A stretch of 64,000 nucleotides of DNA, from NCBI GenBank assembly GCA_017415425.1, contig JAFQGT010000005.1:25038-89037 (forward strand), in the 5' to 3' direction. The position numbers and the translations under genes are program-made. Below the pieces are notes generated by a model that saw only the letters and a program-made list of their open reading frames with translations, did not search any database and was not told where the DNA came from. This DNA is from Oscillospiraceae bacterium. GTDB lineage: Bacteria > Bacillota > Clostridia > Oscillospirales > Oscillospiraceae. Positions 1-9,016 of the stretch are shown in pieces (within the stretch, counting starts at the first letter, position 1; each line of letters begins with the position of its first letter).

Positions 1-667
1 ATTTGATGGCATTGGACAGTAAATTATAATATGCCCGTTCGATCTGTTCCGGATTAGCAAGACCCAATACGGGATTCTGGGGGCCGGAGTATTTGATGGC
101 AATGCCCAGATCTTCGGTTATGGCGCTTGCCTTCTGAACAAATTCCTCTGTAAATGCTGTAAAATTCACCATTTCCATAGGAGGCTGTACCGATGCCTGA
201 TAGGTAGCCGCATCGGACATATTGCTGATGATCCGCTGGATCTGGTACAATCCCTGATTGATCTGATCCGCCTGGATATTGTATTCTTCCCCCTCAAACT
301 GCGTGAACAGTCGGTCGGATGCAGTCATCACAGCAGAGAGCGGAATCCGCAGGTGTTGCGCGGCCAAGGACAGCACCAGAAGCTGCTCGTTGCTTTGCTC
401 GATCAAAAACAGATCAAAGCCATCCATATGTTGAACGGATGCGTTACAGGGAACACCGCAAACGGTCAGTGTCAAATACAGGGAACCCTGGGATAGTGCC
501 TGATAAGCGGCTTCACTTTCTCCCAGCAACTGGGAAACGGGCATACCAACAGACAACTGATATTGTGCAGCGGCTTTATTCACAGCAGCAATGTGACCGT
601 CTGTCACACAGAAAGCAGGGCGTTCTACCCAATTGAGCAAGGTGAAAGGGTTATTTGATTGTTCCAT
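1..667 (-). CDS. Sensor histidine kinase, N-terminal part (3' end lies beyond the left window edge)
   Basis: Absent from the ORF track because no stop lies in the window. My reverse-strand translation starts at ATG 667..665, preceded by AGGAGGAGAGG, and reads MEQSNNPFTLLNWVERPAF... It has an H-box (LSLAAQHLRIPLSAVM) and the start of an N-box (ERAYYNLLSNAIK). The frame stays open to position 1. No TM segment in the ~90-aa N-terminal region. Confidence 0.7.
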   Translation of the reverse strand, partial: MEQSNNPFTLLNWVERPAFCVTDGHIAAVNKAAAQYQLSVGMPVSQLLGESEAAYQALSQGSLYLTLTVCGVPCNASVQHMDGFDLFLIEQSNEQLLVLSLAAQHLRIPLSAVMTASDRLFTQFEGEEYNIQADQINQGLYQIQRIISNMSDAATYQASVQPPMEMVNFTAFTEEFVQKASAITEDLGIAIKYSGPQNPVLGLANPEQIERAYYNLLSNAIK

Positions 668-792
668 ATAGCCTCTCCTCCTGTCATATCTTGTGCAGTA
701 ATTAGAAAATATACCATTTTTCAGAACCTATATCTCTATTTTAACGAATCCTTTCCAAAATAGCAAGTGAAATCCGCGAAAGAGGTGAGATT

Positions 793-1488
793 ATGTCGAT
801 ACACGAAGGGCACAGACAGCGGCTAAAGGGTCGTTTCCGAAAGGAAGGCTTGGATAATTTCGATGAACTGTATGTTTTGGAGTTGCTCCTGTTTTATTGC
901 GTTCCCAGAAGAGATACCAATCCGTTGGCCCACACACTACTGGAAAAATTCGGTTCATTGACCGGCGTGCTGAATGCAAGCCGGGAGGAACTGGAAAAGG
1001 TTGATGGAATCAACGCGAATATATCAACATTTCTTTCTCTGATTATGCAGGTTGGACGGTACTATCAGGTAAAGCAGAACGAGCCGGGGAAAATTCTGCG
1101 TACCATCGAACAGTGTGGAAATTATTTGGTGCCGTATTTCGTTGGGCGGGAAGTAGAAACGGTATTCCTGCTGTGCCTGGATGCCAAGTGTAAGGTGATC
1201 TGCTGTAAGAAGGTTGGGGAGGGCAGTGTGAATTCTGCCAACATCCCGGTGCGGCGGATCGTAGAGATGGCGCTTGCGGTGAATGCCACCACCGTGATCC
1301 TAGCCCATAATCACCCCAGCGGATTGGCGATTCCCTCCGCCGACGATATCCAGACCACCCATCGGGTAGCCAAAGCACTGGAAGCGGTAGAGATGATCCT
1401 GGCAGATCACATTGTAGTTTGTAAGGATGACTATGTATCTCTGGTACAATCCCAGCTTTATAAGCCTCAGGACTGTTGTAGTATCTGA
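793..1488 (+). CDS. radC: RadC-family JAB/MPN domain protein
   Basis: 231-aa ORF with SD GAGGTGAG just upstream of the ATG. N-terminus is MSIHEGHRQRLKGRF. C-terminal JAB signature is HNHPSG...PSADD, typical of RadC/YsxA proteins. Confidence 0.85.
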   Translation: MSIHEGHRQRLKGRFRKEGLDNFDELYVLELLLFYCVPRRDTNPLAHTLLEKFGSLTGVLNASREELEKVDGINANISTFLSLIMQVGRYYQVKQNEPGKILRTIEQCGNYLVPYFVGREVETVFLLCLDAKCKVICCKKVGEGSVNSANIPVRRIVEMALAVNATTVILAHNHPSGLAIPSADDIQTTHRVAKALEAVEMILADHIVVCKDDYVSLVQSQLYKPQDCCSI

Positions 1489-1595
1489 TGATTTTAGAAA
1501 AAAGATTGAATGAAAGAACTGTTATTTCCATAGAGGAATATGCTCCCAAGGCTGATGGCGTGTCAGTTGTGGTGGCCTGATTTGAGGTGAGACAA

Positions 1596-2723
1596 ATGCG
1601 TGTTGTTGTTGCAATTGATTCATTTAAGGGGAGCTTGTCTTCAATTGAGGCGGGCAACGCTGTAAAAGAAGCGATTTGCCGCCTGGATAAAAACGCCGAG
1701 GTTTTGGTAAAACCGTTGGCAGACGGTGGAGAGGGAACTGTAGAGGCACTGACTTCCGGTTCAGATTCGGAAACAATACAGATGTGGGTCAATGGCCCCC
1801 TTATGACCCCTGTGTATGCCAAATACTGCATTGTGAAGGATACCAATACTGCGGTGATCGAGATGTCTGCGGCGGGCGGCATTACACTGATTTCTCCGGA
1901 GCAGAGAAACCCGCTGGAGACCACAACCTACGGAGTGGGAGAACTGATTCAGAATGCAATTTCCAGAGGCTGTCGCCGTTTCATCGTGGGAATCGGAGGA
2001 AGTGCCACCAACGACGGTGGAACAGGTATGCTGACTGCTCTGGGTGCGCAGTTCCTAAATAAAGACGGACAGCCTATTGCGCTGGGGGCTAAGGGCCTGC
2101 AGGAACTGTGCAAGATCAGCACGGAGAATATGCTCTGTGAGCTAAAAGAATGTACATTTTATATTGCCTGCGATGTTAAAAATCCGCTGTGCGGGGAAAA
2201 TGGCTGCAGTGCGGTTTTTGCGCCACAAAAGGGCGCGACAACTGAGATGATCCACCAAATGGATGCCTGGCTTGCAAATTATGCGGAAATAACCAAAACC
2301 GTGTCGGCACAGGCAGATAAGGATCGCGCCGGAGCGGGCGCGGCCGGGGGTCTGGGGTTTGCTTTTTTGGCATATACCAACGCTACCTTAAAATCGGGAA
2401 TTGAACTTGTTTTGGAAGAAACAAAAATGGAAGAGGATATCAAGACTGCGGATATTGTTGTGACAGGAGAGGGAAGACTTGATGCCCAGACCGCTATGGG
2501 TAAAGCGCCCATCGGTGTTGCGAAACTTGCTAAAAAATATGGAAAGAAAGTGATCGCGTTTTGCGGCTGCGCAACTGAAGATGCGGAGATTTACAATGAT
2601 CACGGGATCGATGCCTATTTTCCGATTCTGCGAAGTGTGACCACCTTGGAAGAAGCGCTGGATAAGGATAATGCCTACCAAAATTTGCGTGCTGCCGCAT
2701 ATCAGGTGTTCCGATTGACATAG
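1596..2723 (+). CDS. Glycerate kinase (GlxK/GarK family)
   Basis: Family hallmarks: [58 protein letters not shown]. The track ORF starts at GTG 1587, but ATG 1596 lies 5 nt after GAGGTGA, so I call 1596. Confidence 0.85.
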   Translation: MRVVVAIDSFKGSLSSIEAGNAVKEAICRLDKNAEVLVKPLADGGEGTVEALTSGSDSETIQMWVNGPLMTPVYAKYCIVKDTNTAVIEMSAAGGITLISPEQRNPLETTTYGVGELIQNAISRGCRRFIVGIGGSATNDGGTGMLTALGAQFLNKDGQPIALGAKGLQELCKISTENMLCELKECTFYIACDVKNPLCGENGCSAVFAPQKGATTEMIHQMDAWLANYAEITKTVSAQADKDRAGAGAAGGLGFAFLAYTNATLKSGIELVLEETKMEEDIKTADIVVTGEGRLDAQTAMGKAPIGVAKLAKKYGKKVIAFCGCATEDAEIYNDHGIDAYFPILRSVTTLEEALDKDNAYQNLRAAAYQVFRLT

Positions 2724-2757
2724 CAGATACAACACAGAGGAAAGGAGTGAGATCGCA

Positions 2758-4722
2758 GTGGATAAATTCAAATTGGTTTCGGATTTTAAGCCCACAGGTG
2801 ACCAGCCGGAAGCCATTGAGAAATTGGTACAAGGTCTGGAAAATGGTTTGAGAGAACAGGTCTTGCTGGGTGTTACCGGCTCGGGAAAGACCTTTACAAT
2901 GGCCAATGTGATCCAGCGGGTAAACCGCCCCACGCTGGTTCTTGCTCACAATAAGACTCTGGCGGCGCAGCTTTGTTCGGAATTTAGGGAATTCTTTCCC
3001 GAAAATGCAGTGGAGTATTTTATTTCCTATTACGACTACTATCAGCCGGAGGCGTATATTGCCCATACGGACACCTATATCGAAAAGGATTCCGCTGTCA
3101 ATGAGGAAATTGACCGGCTACGTCACAGCGCCACATCTGCACTGTTCGAACGGCGGGATGTGATCGTAGTTTCCTCTGTCAGCTGCCTGTACGGTTTGGG
3201 CGACCCCATTGACTATAAGAGTATGGTGATCTCTTTGCGGGTAGGGCAGGAACGGCCACTGGACGATATTCTGCGCAAACTGGCAGAGATTCGCTATGAG
3301 CGCAATGATATCGACTTTTCCCGCAATAAGTTCCGCGTTCGCGGAGATACCTTGGAGGTATACCCTGCTTACTGGGCGGGCCGTGCCATACGGGTGGAAT
3401 TTTTCGGTGATGAGATCGACCGGATCTCGGAGATCAATGCGGTATCCGGCGTTGTGGAGCGGTATGTTGACCACGTGGCGATCTATCCTGCCAGCCACTA
3501 TGTGGCATCCCGGGAGAAGATGGAACGGGCAATGAAGGAGATACGGGAGGAATGCGACCAACAGGTTGCTTTTTTCCGGGAAAACAACAAACTGCTGGAG
3601 GCGCAACGAATCGCACAGCGAACTGCATACGACCTCGAAATGTTAACGGAGATCGGTTTTTGTACCGGTATCGAAAACTACTCACGAGTGATTCAGGGAA
3701 GAGAGCCCGGTACACCGCCCACCACTCTGCTGGACTATTTCCCGGACGATTTTTTACTGATCGTGGACGAAAGTCACGTGACATTACCTCAATGCCGGGC
3801 TATGTATGCAGGAGACCGGAGCAGAAAAGATGCGCTGGTGAACTATGGTTTCCGGCTACCGTCTGCCTATGATAACCGGCCGCTGAATTTCCGGGAATTC
3901 GATGAAAAACTCAATCAGATACTCTATGTTTCTGCGACACCGGCGGAGTATGAGCAAACACGTGCTGGGCAGATAGTGGAGCAAGTGATTCGTCCAACAG
4001 GCCTTTTGGACCCTGTAGTGGAGGTCAGACCCATTGAAGGGCAGATAGATGATCTGATAGGGGAGATCAATGCCAGAACTGCCAAACAGGAACGGGTGTT
4101 GGTAACAACTCTGACCAAGAAAATGGCTGAGGATCTGACGGTATACCTGCAGAAGGCAGGAATCCGGGTCCGCTATATGCACTCGGATATCGGCGCGATG
4201 GAACGGATGGAGATCATCCGGGATCTTCGTATGGCGAAGTTTGATGTGTTGGTAGGTATCAATTTGCTCCGGGAGGGCTTGGATCTGCCGGAGGTAAGTC
4301 TTGTAGCGATTCTGGACGCGGATAAGGAGGGTTTCCTCCGTAGTGAGACCAGTTTGGTTCAGACCATTGGACGGGCTGCGCGAAATGCAGAGGGTGTGGT
4401 CATTATGTATGCAGATAATATGACCGCCTCTATGGTTGCAGCGATTACAGAGACGAAACGCCGTCGGGAAATTCAGGCTGCCTATAATGAGGCCCACGGA
4501 ATCGTACCCAAGACCATCATCAAATCTGTGCGGGATCTGATTGAAATTTCTTCCGCAACTGCGGAGCGAAAGGGCCGTACCGGTGTGAAGATGACCAAGG
4601 CAGAGAAAGAAAAGGAAATCGCACGTCTGGAGAAACAGATGAAGGAAGCTGCCCGTATGATGGAATACGAATATGCTGCGATCTTGCGGGATCAAATTAT
4701 CGAACTGCGTGGTACAATCTAA
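2758..4722 (+). CDS. uvrB: Excinuclease ABC subunit B
   Basis: 654 aa. [17 protein letters not shown], Walker [13 protein letters not shown] box, helicase motifs and a C-terminal UVR domain ([15 protein letters not shown]). GTG start 7 nt after AAAGGAGTGA. Confidence 0.97.
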   Translation: MDKFKLVSDFKPTGDQPEAIEKLVQGLENGLREQVLLGVTGSGKTFTMANVIQRVNRPTLVLAHNKTLAAQLCSEFREFFPENAVEYFISYYDYYQPEAYIAHTDTYIEKDSAVNEEIDRLRHSATSALFERRDVIVVSSVSCLYGLGDPIDYKSMVISLRVGQERPLDDILRKLAEIRYERNDIDFSRNKFRVRGDTLEVYPAYWAGRAIRVEFFGDEIDRISEINAVSGVVERYVDHVAIYPASHYVASREKMERAMKEIREECDQQVAFFRENNKLLEAQRIAQRTAYDLEMLTEIGFCTGIENYSRVIQGREPGTPPTTLLDYFPDDFLLIVDESHVTLPQCRAMYAGDRSRKDALVNYGFRLPSAYDNRPLNFREFDEKLNQILYVSATPAEYEQTRAGQIVEQVIRPTGLLDPVVEVRPIEGQIDDLIGEINARTAKQERVLVTTLTKKMAEDLTVYLQKAGIRVRYMHSDIGAMERMEIIRDLRMAKFDVLVGINLLREGLDLPEVSLVAILDADKEGFLRSETSLVQTIGRAARNAEGVVIMYADNMTASMVAAITETKRRREIQAAYNEAHGIVPKTIIKSVRDLIEISSATAERKGRTGVKMTKAEKEKEIARLEKQMKEAARMMEYEYAAILRDQIIELRGTI

Positions 4723-4761
4723 GAAATCCCCTCCAACCGGTTTTCCGGTGGAGGGGATTTC
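4723..4761. terminator. Bidirectional rho-independent terminator between uvrB and the convergent small gene
   Basis: Hairpin GAAATCCCCTCCAACCGG-TTTT-CCGGTGGAGGGGATTTC sits between two convergent stop codons. Confidence 0.75.
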
Positions 4762-4983
4762 TTATTCATCTATTGGACCGATATATTGAAATCTGGGGCC
4801 GTTGTAGCCGTCTGTGCAGACGATCTCGCCCCACATAGATGCCGGCCTGACCCATAGGTTTTGTTCGCCGTAGAGCGCTCTGTAGACCACCATAGGCTCC
4901 AGTGTTTCGGAATGGCTGGCAATACCCAGTACGCAGTACTCCTTACCCTTAAAATGGCGGTATTTTCCGGGCTGAATTTCCAT
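4762..4983 (-). CDS. Small conserved protein, DUF1653-like
   Basis: The track ORF 4762..5184 is trimmed to ATG 4983, preceded by GGGGGAG. The product is 73 aa: MEIQPGKYRHFKGKEYCVLGIASHSETLEPMVVYRALYG... The YRHFKG...Y pattern is what I recall for DUF1653. Confidence 0.6.
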   Translation of the reverse strand: MEIQPGKYRHFKGKEYCVLGIASHSETLEPMVVYRALYGEQNLWVRPASMWGEIVCTDGYNGPRFQYIGPIDE

Positions 4984-5026
4984 TATACTCCCCCTTATTA
5001 TATGAGCAGAGCAATCTGGTGATATT

Positions 5027-6457
5027 CTATTGAGGAATATCGCCACGGGTACTGTCCAGGACAGATGCCGCGTTGAAGATTCCGGCGAACCAGTCTGCGT
5101 GGTGTGCCATATTTGCGCCGGTAACCATAATACGACCTTGACGGACATATTCGTCTGTGACAGTGCACCAAGGCTTGCCATCATTGCAGAAACCCAGGAA
5201 GTAACGGAAGCCGATGCTTTTTAGTGCTTCATACTTTTCTCCGGAGTAGACAGCATCGTCGGAGATATCACCCGACTGAGCGTATACCAGAATATCTGTG
5301 GAACCAATAATGGGGGTTACCTCGGAATTCCAGTTATTGAGGTCTGTCTGAATCTTAGTAACATTGTTTTCTTGGTAGGAGATGTTTTCGTATGTGTAGC
5401 AGGCCAGCGTATATCCTGCATCCTGCAGAGCAGCGACCACATTCTTCACTTCCACAACCTCTGCATTGTATGCATCTTCTCCAAAGATATCTTTTGCACT
5501 GCTGTGGGTGCGGTAGCCAAACAGACCGTTATAACCGGTCAGTGCCAAGGTTGCGCGGGCACCCTGATAGGAGAAATCGGGGTGGCGGGCAATGAACGCT
5601 TCCAAAATGGGTACAAGGTCAAAATTGCCGCTTAAAGTATTGCCGCTGCTGTCTACCAATGTGTTGGTGAATTTCGCACCGTCCCACACCAGCTTATTGG
5701 CAAAGCCGCAGCCATTGGCATCAGCGACCATATCACCGTCACTATCGATGAGATAATAGTTGTAATTTACATTGGTCTGAGTCAGCATTACCGGCTTTTT
5801 TCCGCTGGGCAGATACAGTGGTTTGGCTGCGTACACCACACTACCGTCGGAAAGGGTCTCGGTGGTGATGATGTTATCCGGATTGACCAGAACATAATCG
5901 TTGGAGTACAACTGCTGCAAGATATTTGCGAATTCTTCGGTTGTGACAAAGTTCCGGTTAAAGGAAGTGCCGTATTCGGAGTGAGAGAATGCCTGGGCAG
6001 GATCGGCAATCAAGAGCTGGAAAGACAGATTTAAGACCGTTCCAAGGTCATCCCAAAGTACCATACTGTCCAATGCGGCTTCATAAAAGAGCAGTTTGTC
6101 ATTAACAGAAGGATACTTGGTAAAGTCTCCGGGGAAGGTGTAGAGTAAATCAATGGCTCCCTGATAGTCATATACATTAGCTAAAAGGTCAGCTTTTGCT
6201 ATATAACTGGCAGCCAACTGTGCCATTTGGGCATCTTCTTCAGCCTGAGATATAGATGCAGCAATGCTGGCCTCGTCTTCTGCGTTTTTCTTTTGAACAG
6301 CTCTGGTGATGGAGCCAATAATGAAAATAATAATCAGCAGCAGGGCAACACCTGCAATGATCACCGGCAGGTAAGCTTCCTTAAAAACTTGCATCTTGCT
6401 GCGCGGTCTGCGTCGGGGGTTTACCGGGCGGATGGGTTCTTTATGCTGTTCATCCAT
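5027..6457 (-). CDS. Membrane-anchored extracytoplasmic protein, polysaccharide-deacetylase-like (tentative)
   Basis: Basic N-terminus, then one TM helix (LPVIIAGVALLLIIIFIIGSI), then a large soluble domain. Segments such as NFVTTEEFANILQQLYSNDYVLV and LALTGYNGLFGYR resemble clostridial proteins annotated as polysaccharide deacetylase family. Start moved to ATG 6457 (MDEQH..), preceded by GGTGG. Confidence 0.5.
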   Translation of the reverse strand: MDEQHKEPIRPVNPRRRPRSKMQVFKEAYLPVIIAGVALLLIIIFIIGSITRAVQKKNAEDEASIAASISQAEEDAQMAQLAASYIAKADLLANVYDYQGAIDLLYTFPGDFTKYPSVNDKLLFYEAALDSMVLWDDLGTVLNLSFQLLIADPAQAFSHSEYGTSFNRNFVTTEEFANILQQLYSNDYVLVNPDNIITTETLSDGSVVYAAKPLYLPSGKKPVMLTQTNVNYNYYLIDSDGDMVADANGCGFANKLVWDGAKFTNTLVDSSGNTLSGNFDLVPILEAFIARHPDFSYQGARATLALTGYNGLFGYRTHSSAKDIFGEDAYNAEVVEVKNVVAALQDAGYTLACYTYENISYQENNVTKIQTDLNNWNSEVTPIIGSTDILVYAQSGDISDDAVYSGEKYEALKSIGFRYFLGFCNDGKPWCTVTDEYVRQGRIMVTGANMAHHADWFAGIFNAASVLDSTRGDIPQ

Positions 6458-6542
6458 ACTGTCGCCACCTTTCAAATTTGTATATCACTGTTATTATATC
6501 GGCTCAGAAGGTAAATTGCAAGGTTTTTCCTGTTTCATTGAT

Positions 6543-6574
6543 AAAAGCTGCCCGGAACATATTTTCCGGGCAGC
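6543..6574 (-). terminator. Rho-independent terminator after the XRE regulator gene
   Basis: Hairpin GCTGCCCGGAA-loop-TTCCGGGCAGC. An A-run on the plus strand (a U-run on the minus strand) follows it, just downstream of the stop at 6581. Confidence 0.65.
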
Positions 6575-6580
6575 AGGGAA

Positions 6581-7585
6581 TTATACATATTCTACTGTGA
6601 TCTCGCCGAAATTCACACCGGCATCCAACAAGATTTCTGCTGCGTGATTAGGATTTGGCGTGCCGCGAATCGCAAATTCCGCAAAAGAAGCGGTGCTGCT
6701 GGGGATCACCTTGCAGGTTTTGGGAACCAGAATCCGCAGTTCTCCAAAACTGCAGGAAGCATCTAAACGGCAATCTGGCGCAAATGCTCCGACTTGTGTC
6801 AGATCAATGGTGTATTCACCGAAATTCACCTGGATATCGCCACGCGTTAGATTCGGCACCAAAACAGGAACTGCTGTCTCACCGAAACGGGCGTGATATG
6901 TAAAGGCGTTGTCGTCAGATTGATAGTCGCTGCGACTCTTTTTGTTCTTACTGTGAAGGTGAATCTTTCTTTTCTTTGGCTTTTTCAGCGCATCAGCCAG
7001 CAGGCTGCAGCCAAACAAAATGATCAGCACTGCCCAAAAAAGGCTTTTATCATTTTTTAATGAGAAAATTCCCAGTTTGTTGAGCAGGGCAAACCCACCA
7101 AAGAGAATACAGCTGATACGGAAGAAGGATAGCCGACCAAACATTCCTACGCCACCCAGCATAATCAGCGCCGTGGGCCAAAGAATGTCCCATAGGGAGA
7201 CATCCCAGGTATATATTCGGGAAAGCAGATACAAAACACCTGCGATCAGTACCCACAGGGCAAAACCGATGGCGTCCTGCCGACCGCTGTCCCAGTGGAA
7301 CTCCCAATTGTTTTTCTGAAGGTGGATTCCGTCCGGCTCGTTTTCATCCTCCACGATCTCTGCCTGATGTACCTCCTGCCGGGGTTTGTGACCCAATAAC
7401 GCATCTGTGCTGATGCCAAATACCTCCGCTAGCTGGGGAAGCAGGACTATATCCGGACAGGACTGGTCGTTCTCCCATTTGCTAATGGCCTGGGCGGTAA
7501 TGCCTAGCTTCTCAGCCAGCTGGTCCTGTGTCATTTGAATACGCTTACGGTGGTAAACGATGCGTTTTCCCAAAGTGTCTTCCAT
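6581..7585 (-). CDS. Membrane-bound XRE-family HTH regulator with LiaF-like C-terminal domain
   Basis: Start at ATG 7585 (MEDTLGKR..), preceded by AGGAGG. Cro/C1-type HTH (MTQDQLAEKLGITAQAISKWENDQSCP), about 4 TM helices, then a beta-strand-rich C-terminus (GDIQVNFGEYTIDL...GELRILVP...GVNFGEITVEYV). Confidence 0.75.
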   Translation of the reverse strand: MEDTLGKRIVYHRKRIQMTQDQLAEKLGITAQAISKWENDQSCPDIVLLPQLAEVFGISTDALLGHKPRQEVHQAEIVEDENEPDGIHLQKNNWEFHWDSGRQDAIGFALWVLIAGVLYLLSRIYTWDVSLWDILWPTALIMLGGVGMFGRLSFFRISCILFGGFALLNKLGIFSLKNDKSLFWAVLIILFGCSLLADALKKPKKRKIHLHSKNKKSRSDYQSDDNAFTYHARFGETAVPVLVPNLTRGDIQVNFGEYTIDLTQVGAFAPDCRLDASCSFGELRILVPKTCKVIPSSTASFAEFAIRGTPNPNHAAEILLDAGVNFGEITVEYV

Positions 7586-7674
7586 AGCGCGCCTCCTGTT
7601 TGTTTGTGTTGGTATCATATCATAAAACAGATGCAGATGCTATCAATTATTCATTGATTTTTCCAGGATGCAGA

Positions 7675-7723
7675 CACAACCACCGGTTGAATGATACTCA
7701 ACCGGAAGTTGTGTGAGTTTTTC
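7675..7723 (+). terminator. Orphan terminator-like hairpin immediately upstream of the luxS promoter
   Basis: CACAAC-CACCGGTTGA-ATGATAC-TCAACCGG-AAGTTGTG, followed by TGAGTTTTT. There is no plus-strand gene upstream of it. Confidence 0.45.
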
Positions 7724-7752
7724 TTGCAAAAAAACGTCCAATGGGTTATGAT
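7724..7752 (+). promoter_or_regulatory. Sigma-A type promoter of luxS-mtnN
   Basis: TTGCAA (7724-7729), 17-nt spacer, TATGAT (7747-7752). It lies about 30 nt upstream of the luxS ATG. Confidence 0.5.
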
Positions 7753-7780
7753 AAAAATACCGATTGCAAGGAGATATATT

Positions 7781-8257
7781 ATGGAAAAAATCACGAGTTT
7801 TACCATTGACCATATGAAGCTGCAGCCTGGCTTGTATGTTTCCAGAAAAGATCCTGTGGGAACTGAGACGGTAACCACATTTGACCTTCGGCTGACCAGT
7901 CCCAACGAAGAACCGGTGCTGAACACCGCAGAAATGCACACCATTGAGCATTTAGCAGCGACCTATCTGAGAAATGACCCGGTTTGGAAGGAGAAGGTTC
8001 TGTACTTTGGCCCTATGGGTTGTCGCACCGGATTTTATTTACTGCTGGCAGGTGATCATACATCCCAGGATGTCCTGCCGTTGGTGTTGGATTGCTTTCG
8101 ATTTATCGGCGCATACCAGGGAACAGTGCCCGGTGCAAGCGCCAAGGATTGTGGCAATTATCTGGATATGAATTTGCCGATGGCAAACTTTTGGGGCAAG
8201 AGATATGCCACCTTGCTGGAAATGGCAGATGATACAAGATTGGTATACCCCAAATAA
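7781..8257 (+). CDS. luxS: S-ribosylhomocysteine lyase
   Basis: Track ORF trimmed to ATG 7781, after AAGGAGA. FTIDHMKL, metal-binding HTIEH, GPMGCRTGFY. Confidence 0.93.
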   Translation: MEKITSFTIDHMKLQPGLYVSRKDPVGTETVTTFDLRLTSPNEEPVLNTAEMHTIEHLAATYLRNDPVWKEKVLYFGPMGCRTGFYLLLAGDHTSQDVLPLVLDCFRFIGAYQGTVPGASAKDCGNYLDMNLPMANFWGKRYATLLEMADDTRLVYPK

Positions 8258-8269
8258 AGGAGAAACAGT

Positions 8270-8980
8270 ATGAAACTTGGCATTATTGGCGCAATGGATG
8301 TGGAGGTTGCCAGCCTAAAGAATGTTATGGAGAATAAAACGGAGCGGATGATCGCCGGCTCAGTCTATTGCGAGGGTACATTGGAGGGTTTGCCTGTTGT
8401 AGTAGTACAATGTGGCGTGGGAAAGGTCAATGCCGCCCTATGTGTACAGACGCTGTGCGACTGTTTTTCGGTTACCTATTTGGTGAATACCGGCGTTGCC
8501 GGATCACTGAACGCGGCGCTGGATATCGGTGATTTTGTGATAAGCACCGATGCGATGTACCACGATTTTGATTGCCATACCTTGAATCCGGATTATCCGG
8601 TGGGACAGGTTCCCGGTCTGGCGGTGCGGGCATTTCCTGCGGATGAGCGACTGATGAAGGTTGCCTTTGAGGCTGCGGATCATATTTGTCCTGGTCACGC
8701 ACACTTTGGCAGGATTGCAAGCGGGGACCAGTTTGTGTGTCAGAAGGAACGGAAAGAGAAAATTGTTTCCGATACCGGCGCCAAGTGCACGGAGATGGAG
8801 GGCGCGGCCATTGCTCACGGAGCGTGGCGCAATCAGATTCCCTTTGTGGTGATTCGCGCGATTTCCGACAAAGCAGATGACTCTGCCGAGATGGATTACC
8901 CTACTTTTGAAGCAATGGCAGCTCAGCGGTGTGCTGAGGTCATCCGGGTGATGGCAAAAGCCTTGCAGGAATCTGAATAG
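8270..8980 (+). CDS. mtnN: 5'-methylthioadenosine/S-adenosylhomocysteine nucleosidase
   Basis: MKLGIIGAMDVEV, VQCGVGKVNAA, TEMEGAAIAH, VIRAISDKAD. It starts 12 nt after luxS, so an operon is likely. Confidence 0.92.
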   Translation: MKLGIIGAMDVEVASLKNVMENKTERMIAGSVYCEGTLEGLPVVVVQCGVGKVNAALCVQTLCDCFSVTYLVNTGVAGSLNAALDIGDFVISTDAMYHDFDCHTLNPDYPVGQVPGLAVRAFPADERLMKVAFEAADHICPGHAHFGRIASGDQFVCQKERKEKIVSDTGAKCTEMEGAAIAHGAWRNQIPFVVIRAISDKADDSAEMDYPTFEAMAAQRCAEVIRVMAKALQESE

Positions 8981-8984
8981 AATA

Positions 8985-9016
8985 TGCCGGCGTATTACAA
9001 TACGCCGGCACTTTTT
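8985..9016. terminator. Rho-independent terminator after mtnN (shared with the convergent MATE gene)
   Basis: TGCCGGCGTA-TTACAA-TACGCCGGCA followed by CTTTTTA. Confidence 0.75.

Noticed and set aside
319-636. 105-aa plus-strand ORF at the left edge.
   Set aside because: It lies entirely inside, and antisense to, the histidine kinase reading frame, which carries H-box and N-box motifs. It has no SD, and its composition is basic and low-complexity.
793-1488. RadC as a possible marker of a mobile element or anti-restriction island.
   Set aside because: No integrase, transposase, repeats, tRNA-flanked junction or other island genes sit next to it. The neighbours are a kinase, glycerate kinase and uvrB.
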